64,000 nt of DNA from an uncultured delta proteobacterium. GTDB lineage: Bacteria > Desulfobacterota > Desulfobacteria > Desulfobacterales > SG8-13. Location: NCBI GenBank assembly GCA_963848135.1, contig CAWKCK010000017.1, positions 898,538 to 962,537 on the forward strand. The letters run 5' to 3'. A program made the position numbers and the translations under genes. Shown here piece after piece: positions 39,161 through 47,712 of the stretch (position 1 is the first letter of the stretch; every line of letters starts with the position of its first letter). The notes beneath the pieces were generated by a model. That model did no database searches, was not told the DNA's origin, and saw nothing but the letters and a program-made list of their open reading frames with translations.

Positions 39161-40108
39161 ATGTCGATAGGCGACGGGGGCAAGCGATGGCTTGCCGAAA
39201 ATTTTGACCAACAGGTCAGGTTCGATGAGCCGATGTCCCGCCACACTTATTTCCGGGTCGGCGGACCAGCAGAGGCATTTGTAAGCCCACGCGACCTGGA
39301 GGGTCTTCAGCGGTTGGTTCGCTGGTGCACGGCTGAAGGTCACCCGACGCTGGTCATCGGCGGTGGATCGAATCTGCTAGTAAAGGATCGCGGCATCTCC
39401 GGGGTCGTTATCAGCCCTCGACGGTGCCTGAAGGGCATCAAAGTGGCGATGGCCGGCGAGGCGCCTGCGGTGGTGGCCCAGGCAGGAGTTAACCTGCAAT
39501 CCCTTTGCCGGTATTGCGCAAAGCAAGGACTGAGCGGAATGAACTTTGCGGTCGGTATTCCCGGAACGGTGGGCGGAGCGGTTGTGATGAACGCCGGAAC
39601 GACAATGGGAAGCATGGGGGATGTCATCGACTCCATTGAATGCCTGCTCTGGGATGGACGAATGGTAAGGTACGAGCGTAGCGTGCTCGAATTCTCCTAT
39701 AGAAGCCTATCCTGGAAAGAAAACCGGTCGGCCGGCTTTACTGAAACGCCGATCGTCATCAACGGCTGTTTTCGATTGAAAACGAGCGCTGCACCAATGC
39801 TGAAAAAAGAGGCAGAGACCTTGTTGAGATTGCGGACTGAAAAACAACCCGTCGATCAGCCCAGCGCCGGATGCTTTTTTAGAAATCCGGCCGACGGACC
39901 GGCCGCCGGATTTCTAATCGAGCGGTGCGATTTGAAGGGGTGTCGTATCGGTAACGCCCAGGTATCAACCAAGCATGCCAATTATATCGTCAATCTTGGC
40001 GGTGCCTCCGCCCGTGACATTTTATCCTTGGTGGAACTCGTCAGGGAAAAAGTGGCTGACCGATTCAAGGTCGATCTCGAACCCGAGGTGAAAATCGTTG
40101 GGCACTAA
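39161..40108 (+). CDS. murB: UDP-N-acetylenolpyruvoylglucosamine reductase MurB
   Basis: 315 aa with an FAD-binding domain (FRVGGPAE, GGGSNLL) and a C-terminal SAGCFFRNP motif. Confidence 0.9.
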   Translation: MSIGDGGKRWLAENFDQQVRFDEPMSRHTYFRVGGPAEAFVSPRDLEGLQRLVRWCTAEGHPTLVIGGGSNLLVKDRGISGVVISPRRCLKGIKVAMAGEAPAVVAQAGVNLQSLCRYCAKQGLSGMNFAVGIPGTVGGAVVMNAGTTMGSMGDVIDSIECLLWDGRMVRYERSVLEFSYRSLSWKENRSAGFTETPIVINGCFRLKTSAAPMLKKEAETLLRLRTEKQPVDQPSAGCFFRNPADGPAAGFLIERCDLKGCRIGNAQVSTKHANYIVNLGGASARDILSLVELVREKVADRFKVDLEPEVKIVGH

Positions 40109-41030
40109 ACGCATCAGGAAAAACCGTTTCCGGCGCAAACGAACAAAAGTAATGGGTCGTTTCCTGGGCGGTACCGTGAAAATTTTTGTCATCGGGGTCG
40201 GTATCTCCCTACTCAGTCTCTTTTTTATACTCTGTCACGATGTCATCACTCAATGGGAGGCTTTCAGGGTGGAAAGGATAACGCTGACAGGAAACCAGCG
40301 TTTGAATCGCGAGCAGGTTTGCGAACAGTCCCTCATACAATCGGGTGCCAACATCTTCGCCGTCAACTTGACCGCTGCCCGTAAAAGACTTCTGGCCCAC
40401 CCTTGGATCGCGGAGGCTTACATCCAGCGGGAAATACCGGATGGAATTCATTTCCACATCCGTGAACATCGGGCGATGGCCGTGATTGATCTTGGACGCA
40501 AATTTCTGCTCGATGATGCCGGGACGCTTTTCAAAGAGTTGGAGTCGAAAGATACTGAAAACCTACCGGTCGTCCATGGATTGAGTTACGCCGATGTGGA
40601 AATAGACCACGCGGCCTCCCGGCAACGGAAATCGACGGTACCACTCGACGGCGAGAAGAGGGATTTAAGACGTTACACCTCGCCATATGGCGCCCTTGTC
40701 ACCCTTTTGCAGATAGGCGACGAGATAGGCAGCGTTATTCCCAATACTCTGGTCGGCCGAATCGATGTGGACAGGGAAACCGGTATCACCGTCCATATGA
40801 CAGAGGGGCCCAGAATCGTCAGGCTGGGATTCGGCGAGTATGCGGCAAAATATGCCGTTCTGCAGCGCCTGCTGGCTTATCTGGCGCAGGGTCCCGTTGG
40901 AGACTGGCACAGGTTCGAGGCGGTCGATTTGAACAACCTGAACCGGATCGTCGTCCGACCGCTTTATGATTCGGACACCGATACGGGGTCGCAAAAAGAT
41001 ACCGGCGGCAAAGCGAGTAAGGTCTCATAG
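40098..41030 (+). CDS. ftsQ: Cell division protein FtsQ (POTRA domain)
   Basis: 310 aa with a basic N-terminus, one TM helix and a POTRA-like FRVERITLTGNQRL. It lies between murB and ftsA. Confidence 0.75.
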   Translation: MGTKRIRKNRFRRKRTKVMGRFLGGTVKIFVIGVGISLLSLFFILCHDVITQWEAFRVERITLTGNQRLNREQVCEQSLIQSGANIFAVNLTAARKRLLAHPWIAEAYIQREIPDGIHFHIREHRAMAVIDLGRKFLLDDAGTLFKELESKDTENLPVVHGLSYADVEIDHAASRQRKSTVPLDGEKRDLRRYTSPYGALVTLLQIGDEIGSVIPNTLVGRIDVDRETGITVHMTEGPRIVRLGFGEYAAKYAVLQRLLAYLAQGPVGDWHRFEAVDLNNLNRIVVRPLYDSDTDTGSQKDTGGKASKVS

Positions 41031-41143
41031 CCCCGTATCCGGTGGTTTTAATGGCTTGAACACCGAGAGATGATGTCGCGTCAGCCGGGCAATAGCGCGC
41101 GTTCACCGGCAGAGCGCAGTGACTTATTAAGGAGGTTGGATAA

Positions 41144-42370
41144 ATGCACGACCAGGGCAATATTATCGTCGGTCTGGATATCGGAACGACCAAAATCTGT
41201 GCCATCGTAGGTGAGGCCTCTGGTGGAAAATTGAACATCATCGGCATCGGCACGCATCCCTCCATTGGCCTGCGGAAAGGCGTGGTCGTAAACATCGAGT
41301 CGACCGTGGAGTCGATAAAAAAGGCGGTGGAAGAAGCCGAACTGATGGCCGGTTGTGAAATTTCGTCGGTGTACGCCGGCATTGCCGGTGGTCACATTAC
41401 AGGGTTCAACAGTCGCGGGATCGTAGCCATTAAAGGGCCGGAAATAACCGAACAGGATGTGGAGCGGGTTATTGATGCCGCCAGGGCCGTGGCGATTCCC
41501 ATGGACCGGGAAGTAATTCACGTCCTGCCCCAGGAATACATGGTCGACGATGAAGCGGGAATCCAGAACCCCGTCGGTATGGCCGGGGTGCGGCTGGAAG
41601 CCAAGATTCATATCGTAACCGGTGCCGTAACGTCTGCCCACAATATCGTTAAGTGTGCCAACCGCTCCGGTTTGGATGTCTGCGATATCGTTTTGGAATC
41701 GCTTGCCTCCGGAGAAGCCGTCTTGACCGAAGAAGAAAAGGATCTCGGTACGGCGCTCATCGACATGGGTGGCGGTACCACGGATCTGGCGGTATTTTCG
41801 GGCAAAAATATCAAACATACGTTCGTTCTGGCCCTCGGCGGCAACAATCTGTCCAATGATATTGCCATCGGATTGCGGGCCCCGCATGCGGAAGCGGAAA
41901 AGATCAAAACAAAATACGGCACTTGCCTCTCCAGTAATATCGGCAGCGACGATACCATCGAAGTTCCGGGAATGGGTGGACGGGAACCGCGAAAATTGCA
42001 GCGGCAGATTCTGGCCGAAATACTGGAGCCCCGTACGGAGGAGATTTTCACCCTGATCAATCGGGAAATTTACCGCGCCGGTCAGGAAAATTCGATCCCG
42101 TCCGGGGTGGTCCTCACCGGCGGCTCTTCCCTGTTGGACGGTGCGACCGAAATCGCCGAATCGATTTTCGGTCTTCCAACCCGGCTCGGTAAACCACGGG
42201 GGATCGGTGGCCTGGTCGATGTCGTCAATAACCCGATGTACGCCACCGGGGTGGGACTGGTCATCTATGGTGCCAGACGGCAAAACGCCAAGAAGTTCAG
42301 GATACGCGACAAGAATATTTTCAATCGCATTATGACGCGTATGAAACGCTGGTTTCATGAGGTGGTGTAG
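41144..42370 (+). CDS. ftsA: Cell division protein FtsA
   Basis: 408 aa, actin-like ATPase, with motifs VGLDIGTTKI, DMGGGTTD and VLTGGSSLL. The C-terminus is an amphipathic helix. Confidence 0.95.
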   Translation: MHDQGNIIVGLDIGTTKICAIVGEASGGKLNIIGIGTHPSIGLRKGVVVNIESTVESIKKAVEEAELMAGCEISSVYAGIAGGHITGFNSRGIVAIKGPEITEQDVERVIDAARAVAIPMDREVIHVLPQEYMVDDEAGIQNPVGMAGVRLEAKIHIVTGAVTSAHNIVKCANRSGLDVCDIVLESLASGEAVLTEEEKDLGTALIDMGGGTTDLAVFSGKNIKHTFVLALGGNNLSNDIAIGLRAPHAEAEKIKTKYGTCLSSNIGSDDTIEVPGMGGREPRKLQRQILAEILEPRTEEIFTLINREIYRAGQENSIPSGVVLTGGSSLLDGATEIAESIFGLPTRLGKPRGIGGLVDVVNNPMYATGVGLVIYGARRQNAKKFRIRDKNIFNRIMTRMKRWFHEVV

Positions 42371-42563
42371 GCGCCGGAAGGCGCCGCATTGAAATGGCCC
42401 GATATCAGGTAATCAGAGACGAGCAAAAATTGCTAATCCAACGATGCAGAACCCAGGTTCCAAAATCTTGCAAGGGCGGCGGTGCACCGGGATGCACTTT
42501 CGACAGCGATGATTCTGTCCCTGCGGCCTGCATCATCAAACATTCACATTAGGGGGGTGAAAC

Positions 42564-43748
42564 ATGTTTACTTACGTTGACAATGAAAAATCGGCAAAAA
42601 TTAAAGTCATCGGTGTCGGTGGAGCCGGCGGAAACGCCATAAACAACATGATCGCTTCGAAACTCCAGGGCGTCAAGTTTATCGCAGCCAATACTGACGC
42701 GCAGGCTCTCGAGACCTCCAACGCTCCGGTCAAAATCCAGCTCGGGGAGCAGCTCACCGAAGGGCTGGGCGCCGGCGCCAATCCCGAAGTCGGTCGACAG
42801 GCCGCACTTGAGAGCGAAGAGGTCATCCGGGAAGCTTTGAAGGACAGCCACATGGTATTCATCACCGCTGGCCTCGGCGGCGGTACGGGAACCGGAGCTG
42901 CACCGGTCATCGCAGATATCTGCAAAGATATTTGTGCGCTGACAGTCGCAGTGGTGAGCAAGCCCTTTTCCTTTGAGGGACGCAAACGTTCCCGCCAGGC
43001 GGATGAAGGCCTCCAATCCCTGCAGCAGGTTGCCGATACGGTGATTACGATTCCCAACGACCGATTGAGGGGTATTGCGTCAAAAAGCGCCACCATGATC
43101 GAAATGTTCCAAAGAGCCGACGAGGTCCTGCTCCACTCGGTTAAGGGAATTACGGACCTGATCATGATGCCGGGGTTAGTGAACCTGGATTTTGCCGATG
43201 TTAAAACGACGATGTCAAAAGCGGGCATGGCCATTATGGGCATCGGTAGCGCTACCGGCGAAAACCGTGCGGTACTGGCCGCTGAAAGAGCCATCTCACA
43301 TCCGCTGCTCGAGGATATTCCCATCAACGGCGCCAGAGGTGTGCTCATGAACATTACCAGCTCCAGCGATCTGACGATGGAAGAGATGACCGAGGCTTCG
43401 GACCGGATATACAATGAGGTCGGAGAGGATGCAGAGATCATTTGGGGGACGGTTGTCGACGACAGTCTGGGAGAGGAAATCCGCGTCACCCTGATCGCCA
43501 CCGGTATCGGCGGAAGTGCCGAACCTTTGGTCAAAGAAAATCGCCCCGATGTCAAACTTCGCGGTAAGGTTCGCGACCTTACCCCCGCAGACCTCCAGTA
43601 TGCCGAGGATCTCGAGGTCCCCACGTTCATTCGCCAGAAGGAGGCCGTGGGGGAATCCAACCGGGCGACCTATCGTGGATACCGCGGAATTGTTTTGGAC
43701 AATTCCGACCTGGAAGTGCCGACGTTTTTGAGACGCAAGGCCGACTGA
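42564..43748 (+). CDS. ftsZ: Cell division GTPase FtsZ
   Basis: 394 aa with the tubulin signature GGGTGTGAAP and the NTDAQAL motif. The C-terminal DLEVPTF[IL]R motif is present twice. Confidence 0.97.
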   Translation: MFTYVDNEKSAKIKVIGVGGAGGNAINNMIASKLQGVKFIAANTDAQALETSNAPVKIQLGEQLTEGLGAGANPEVGRQAALESEEVIREALKDSHMVFITAGLGGGTGTGAAPVIADICKDICALTVAVVSKPFSFEGRKRSRQADEGLQSLQQVADTVITIPNDRLRGIASKSATMIEMFQRADEVLLHSVKGITDLIMMPGLVNLDFADVKTTMSKAGMAIMGIGSATGENRAVLAAERAISHPLLEDIPINGARGVLMNITSSSDLTMEEMTEASDRIYNEVGEDAEIIWGTVVDDSLGEEIRVTLIATGIGGSAEPLVKENRPDVKLRGKVRDLTPADLQYAEDLEVPTFIRQKEAVGESNRATYRGYRGIVLDNSDLEVPTFLRRKAD

Positions 43749-43990
43749 GTCTTTTGCACGCTTCCGAGATCGGACGTTCAGCGGGTCACCGCAACGATCT
43801 CAAAGGGCGTAGCGATGTCGCCGGATGCTGGAGCGGTAGCGCTAAATATTATATGGGACCGCCATCGCCCCCCCCGGTTCAACCACCGGCGGCGACTGTC
43901 ACCCGGTTGCAAATCAGCTTCAACATAGCTATCGTAAGCAAAAGCCGTTTGTTAATAAGGCTCACGTTTCAATGAAGCTGGTGACAGCCC

Positions 43991-45739
43991 ATGCGAAAAG
44001 ACCGTAAAACGACCAGGGGAGACCTGATCGGCGCAGAAATAGGTACAATACGAAAAAGCGGTCCCGGCCGCCTCAATATTGTGCTGGTCTACCCCAACAG
44101 TTACCACGTCGGCATGTCAAACCTCGGATTTCAGGTGGTCTACCGCCTGTTGAACCGGTTTGACGGTGTGGTCTGCGAAAGGGCCTTTTTACCGAACGAC
44201 GAAACGCAACCGGGGAACGACAGCAAAAGTCTCGAATCCGGAAAACCGCTGAAGGATTTTGATGTTATCGCGTTTTCGATCTCATTTGAAAACGACTATC
44301 CGAATGTGCTCAGAACGTTGGAAACAGCAGGCCTCCCCCTGCAATCACAATATCGCCATACCAAACACCCCCTGGTAATTGCAGGGGGAGTGGCCTGTTT
44401 CCTGAATCCCGAACCCCTATCGTCATTTATCGACTGCTTTCTGCTCGGTGAAGCCGAAGCCATGTTGGAAAATTTCTGCGCACGACTTGTGGCAGACGGC
44501 TTAACCGGAGGGGGGGATAAATGGTCGATCCTTTCGGCGTGCGCCCGCCGGATCCAGGGCGTTTATGTCCCGCGGTTCTATCGACCCGTCTATACGGACG
44601 GCGGGCTCTTGAAAGCCATAGAACCGCTGGCCGATGTCCCCGAAAAAGTACGCCGGACGTATATCGCCGATCTATCGACGGTACCGGCCTGCAGTACCGT
44701 GGTCACCCCTCATACCGCCTTCGACCGCACGTTTTTAATCGAAGTCGGTCGGGGCTGCCCCCACGGCTGCCGATTCTGCACCGCCGGTTTTATCTACCGC
44801 CCGCCCCGCTTTCGCCCCCTGTCACTTCTTCAGGCTTGCATACAGGAAGGCGCAGCCGTTACCGACCGAATCGGATTGGCCGGAGCAGCCGTCTCGGATC
44901 TCCCGGAAATCCGAGAACTTTGCAGCCAGGCCCAGCAGGGCAATATCCGCATGTCCTTCAGCTCCCTGAGAGCTGACGCCCTCGATGAAGACTTGCTGGC
45001 AGTCCTGGATCACAGCAACGTCAAAACCGCCACGATCGCACCGGATGCCGGCTCCGAAAGAATGCGGCGCGTCATCAACAAGGGTATTGACGAACAGGCG
45101 ATCCTGAGGGCCGCATCCCTCCTCGTGGCCAAAGGCATACCGAATCTCAAGCTCTATTTCATGGTTGGCCTGCCGACTGAAACAGGAGATGATGTCGAGG
45201 CCATCGTCACACTCTGTAAAAGGATTAAGCATGTATTTCTGCGGGAAAGCCGAAATAAAGGCCGCATCGGAGACATCACCGTCAGCCTGAATTCATTCGT
45301 GCCGAAACCGGTTACGCCCTTCCAGTGGACGGCCATGGACGACATCAGTACGCTCAAACAAAAGATTCGGCAGGTGAAAAACGGCCTTAAAAAAGTGCCC
45401 AACATTCGGGTGCATGCCGATATCCCGCGCTGGGCGTATATCCAGGCGCTTTTGTCCCGGGGGGATCGCCGGGTCGGCGACCACCTTCTTCTGGCCCACC
45501 GGAACGGACAGAATTGGCCCCAAACACTGAAAGAATCTCCTATCAATGCCGATTTCTACGTCCTTCGTGAGCGTGCGCTCTCTGAGAAATTGCCATGGGA
45601 CTTCATCGATCACGGTATCGAAAAATCCTACCTGGCCCGGGAATACCGCAAAGCCCAAAAAGGCCAATCATCACCACCCTGTCCGATGACTGACTGCACC
45701 CTCTGCGGGGTCTGCCATGATGAGGGCGCAGACAGTTGA
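43991..45739 (+). CDS. Radical SAM protein with a B12-binding-like N-terminal domain (uncharacterised rSAM family)
   Basis: 582 aa. The motif GRGCPHGCRFCTAG gives the CxxxCxxC cluster. The N-terminus reads LNIVLVYPNSYHVGMSNLG. The C-terminus has a cysteine cluster, CPMTDCTLCGVC. Confidence 0.8.
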   Translation: MRKDRKTTRGDLIGAEIGTIRKSGPGRLNIVLVYPNSYHVGMSNLGFQVVYRLLNRFDGVVCERAFLPNDETQPGNDSKSLESGKPLKDFDVIAFSISFENDYPNVLRTLETAGLPLQSQYRHTKHPLVIAGGVACFLNPEPLSSFIDCFLLGEAEAMLENFCARLVADGLTGGGDKWSILSACARRIQGVYVPRFYRPVYTDGGLLKAIEPLADVPEKVRRTYIADLSTVPACSTVVTPHTAFDRTFLIEVGRGCPHGCRFCTAGFIYRPPRFRPLSLLQACIQEGAAVTDRIGLAGAAVSDLPEIRELCSQAQQGNIRMSFSSLRADALDEDLLAVLDHSNVKTATIAPDAGSERMRRVINKGIDEQAILRAASLLVAKGIPNLKLYFMVGLPTETGDDVEAIVTLCKRIKHVFLRESRNKGRIGDITVSLNSFVPKPVTPFQWTAMDDISTLKQKIRQVKNGLKKVPNIRVHADIPRWAYIQALLSRGDRRVGDHLLLAHRNGQNWPQTLKESPINADFYVLRERALSEKLPWDFIDHGIEKSYLAREYRKAQKGQSSPPCPMTDCTLCGVCHDEGADS

Positions 45740-45911
45740 AACAACACTGCTTTTCGCTTCAGAAAAAGCCTCCCGGCGACGTCTGTTTTCCGCCCGTCGA
45801 TCTGAAAAAATAACTTGAAAGAGGATATCCATTGTGATAGGCGATGGGTGCTTTTTTTGTGTCCGCTATAGTGATTACACCCTCCTCACCCTTGAAAGGA
45901 ATGTATATGCC

Positions 45912-46352
45912 ATGAGTTCTAAAAAAGAACTAAAGCTTGCCTACGGAATGGCAATCGCGTTATTCGTTGTGGGTGTCGTAAGCTATGCATATACAGCCTT
46001 TTCAGCCAAACCACCCGAACTGCCGGTGCGCATTATGTATCATAGCGCAGCAGGCAAAGTTCTCTTCGATCATAAAACACATACAGCCGATACGGGATAC
46101 GGTTTTTCCTGTTATGACTGCCATCATCATCCGGAAGACGATGAGTCCGCCTTGCGTGCCTGCGGCGACTGTCACAACCTGCCGGTAGAAACGGGACAAT
46201 TTCCGGAATCATGCATCGAATGCCACGACCAGGACGAAATCGAAGGCTCGGAAGTCTCTAAAAGGGGCGATGCCTTTCATCTTCAGTGCATCAACTGCCA
46301 CAAAGACGCCGGTGCCGGCCCCGAAGACTGTAATTCCTGTCATGTGTTGTAA
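45912..46352 (+). CDS. Membrane-anchored multihaem cytochrome c (class III/c3-like, five CxxCH)
   Basis: The ATG at 45912 has a GAAAGGA SD. A TM anchor (LAYGMAIALFVVGVVSYAYTAF) is followed by CYDCH, CGDCH, CIECH, CINCH and CNSCH plus extra His residues for bis-His ligation. The ORF-track start at 45834 is probably spurious. Confidence 0.85.
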   Translation: MSSKKELKLAYGMAIALFVVGVVSYAYTAFSAKPPELPVRIMYHSAAGKVLFDHKTHTADTGYGFSCYDCHHHPEDDESALRACGDCHNLPVETGQFPESCIECHDQDEIEGSEVSKRGDAFHLQCINCHKDAGAGPEDCNSCHVL

Positions 46353-46428
46353 TGGAGTATACCGCGGTTGGCGATAGCGATTCTCCGCCGTGTTACATGT
46401 TTTGCGACCAAACGATAAAGGGTGAGAT

Positions 46429-47712
46429 ATGATACGAAAATCGTTTTTCGGCCTTGCTAAACCCCGCTTCGAATACGCAGCGCTCACCGGTGCAATGCCG
46501 GAAATCCTGTCCATCCCCCCACCGAAATCGGTAAGATTCTTAATCAATGGTTCCTTTGAGGCCAGAGGTAAGGAAGCCGTCAAACCGGGAGATGACGTCA
46601 TGCGCGGCCAAAAGCTGATTCACTCTGAGACTGGCGGCGCCTACGCGATGGCAACCGTCAGCGGAACCGTGACGGCAGTCATGCCGCATTCGGGTGATTT
46701 TGGAAAAGCCTGCACGGCGGTCACTATCGATGTGTCAGCGGTGGATGAAAGCGACGAACCCAGCGAAAATAATCAAAACCTGCCGACACTGGACACCGCC
46801 CTCGACACTTTGGCGTGTTTGCCAGGGGCCCCTCCGTTTGAAAAGTTCAGGAACCCGGAAACCCCGATTCACACGGTTGTCATTTATGGTGGTGATAGCG
46901 ATCTTCTGATCAACACCAACCAGATCGTCATTAAAACAAAGTTGGACGCGGTCAAAGCCGGAATCGCAGCCCTCAAGCATATCACCGGCGTGGAAAAGGT
47001 CATCGTGGCCATCCCCGGTGAAATCATTCAGGGGTACGGTCATATCGGTGCCGAAGTGAAAAACGTCGCTCTGGAATATCCGGCGGCATTTCCCCAGATG
47101 ATCATGAAAAATGCCCTCGGGCAGGTCGTACCGGCCGGTCAGACACCGGAAGATCTCGGTGTGACTTTCATGACGGCTGAAGCCGTGGCATCCCTCGGGG
47201 AGGCCGTTGAGATCGGACGTCATCCGGTCAGAAAACTTATTACGGTCGCCAACAAGGCCGGTGGCCTGAAGTTGGTATCGGCCGTCGTGGGAACCCCCAT
47301 CGGAGAAATTTTACATGCCGTCGGCATCACCATGGAAGAAAGTGACCGCCTTATCATCGGCGGGCCCATGACCGGAACGGCCATCTATTCCGAAGATTTC
47401 CCGGTCGAACCCGACACGAGTGCCATCATCGTGCAGGACAAGTCAGACGTATCCCACGTTTCCGACTATCCATGCATAAACTGTGGAGACTGCATCCGCA
47501 TATGTCCGGTCGATATTCCGATCAATATGCTGGTGCGTTTTCTCGAAGCCGGGCACTACGAGGATGCGGCGGATATGTATGATCTTTATTCTTGCATCGA
47601 ATGTGGTCTGTGCAGTTTTGTCTGTGTGGCAAAGATACCCATATTTCAGTACATCCGGTTGGCTAAATTCGAAATTAGCCGGGTAAATGCAGCGGAGGCG
47701 GTGAATGAATAG
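46429..47712 (+). CDS. rnfC: RnfC-like subunit with intact 2x[4Fe-4S] motifs but degenerate NuoF-type FMN/NADH motifs
   Basis: 427 aa, colinear with RnfC. The C-terminal CINCGDCIRICP and CIECGLCSFVC motifs are present. The glycine loop reads LPGAPPFEKF and the ECEPY site reads GDSDLL. Confidence 0.85.
   Translation: MIRKSFFGLAKPRFEYAALTGAMPEILSIPPPKSVRFLINGSFEARGKEAVKPGDDVMRGQKLIHSETGGAYAMATVSGTVTAVMPHSGDFGKACTAVTIDVSAVDESDEPSENNQNLPTLDTALDTLACLPGAPPFEKFRNPETPIHTVVIYGGDSDLLINTNQIVIKTKLDAVKAGIAALKHITGVEKVIVAIPGEIIQGYGHIGAEVKNVALEYPAAFPQMIMKNALGQVVPAGQTPEDLGVTFMTAEAVASLGEAVEIGRHPVRKLITVANKAGGLKLVSAVVGTPIGEILHAVGITMEESDRLIIGGPMTGTAIYSEDFPVEPDTSAIIVQDKSDVSHVSDYPCINCGDCIRICPVDIPINMLVRFLEAGHYEDAADMYDLYSCIECGLCSFVCVAKIPIFQYIRLAKFEISRVNAAEAVNE

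Noticed and set aside
41081-42358. 425-aa ORF antisense to ftsA
   Set aside because: Same reasoning. ftsA on the plus strand has all actin-fold motifs, and the antisense product has none.
42572-43660. 362-aa ORF antisense to ftsZ
   Set aside because: It lies entirely within the unambiguous ftsZ frame. The product is low-complexity (S/A/P/R-rich) with no SD or recognisable motif. This is the typical stop-poor antisense frame of a GC-biased gene.
43754-43975. 73-aa ORF between ftsZ and the radical SAM gene
   Set aside because: No SD, and the Pro/Ala/Ser-rich product has no motif. It is probably an intergenic reading-frame accident.
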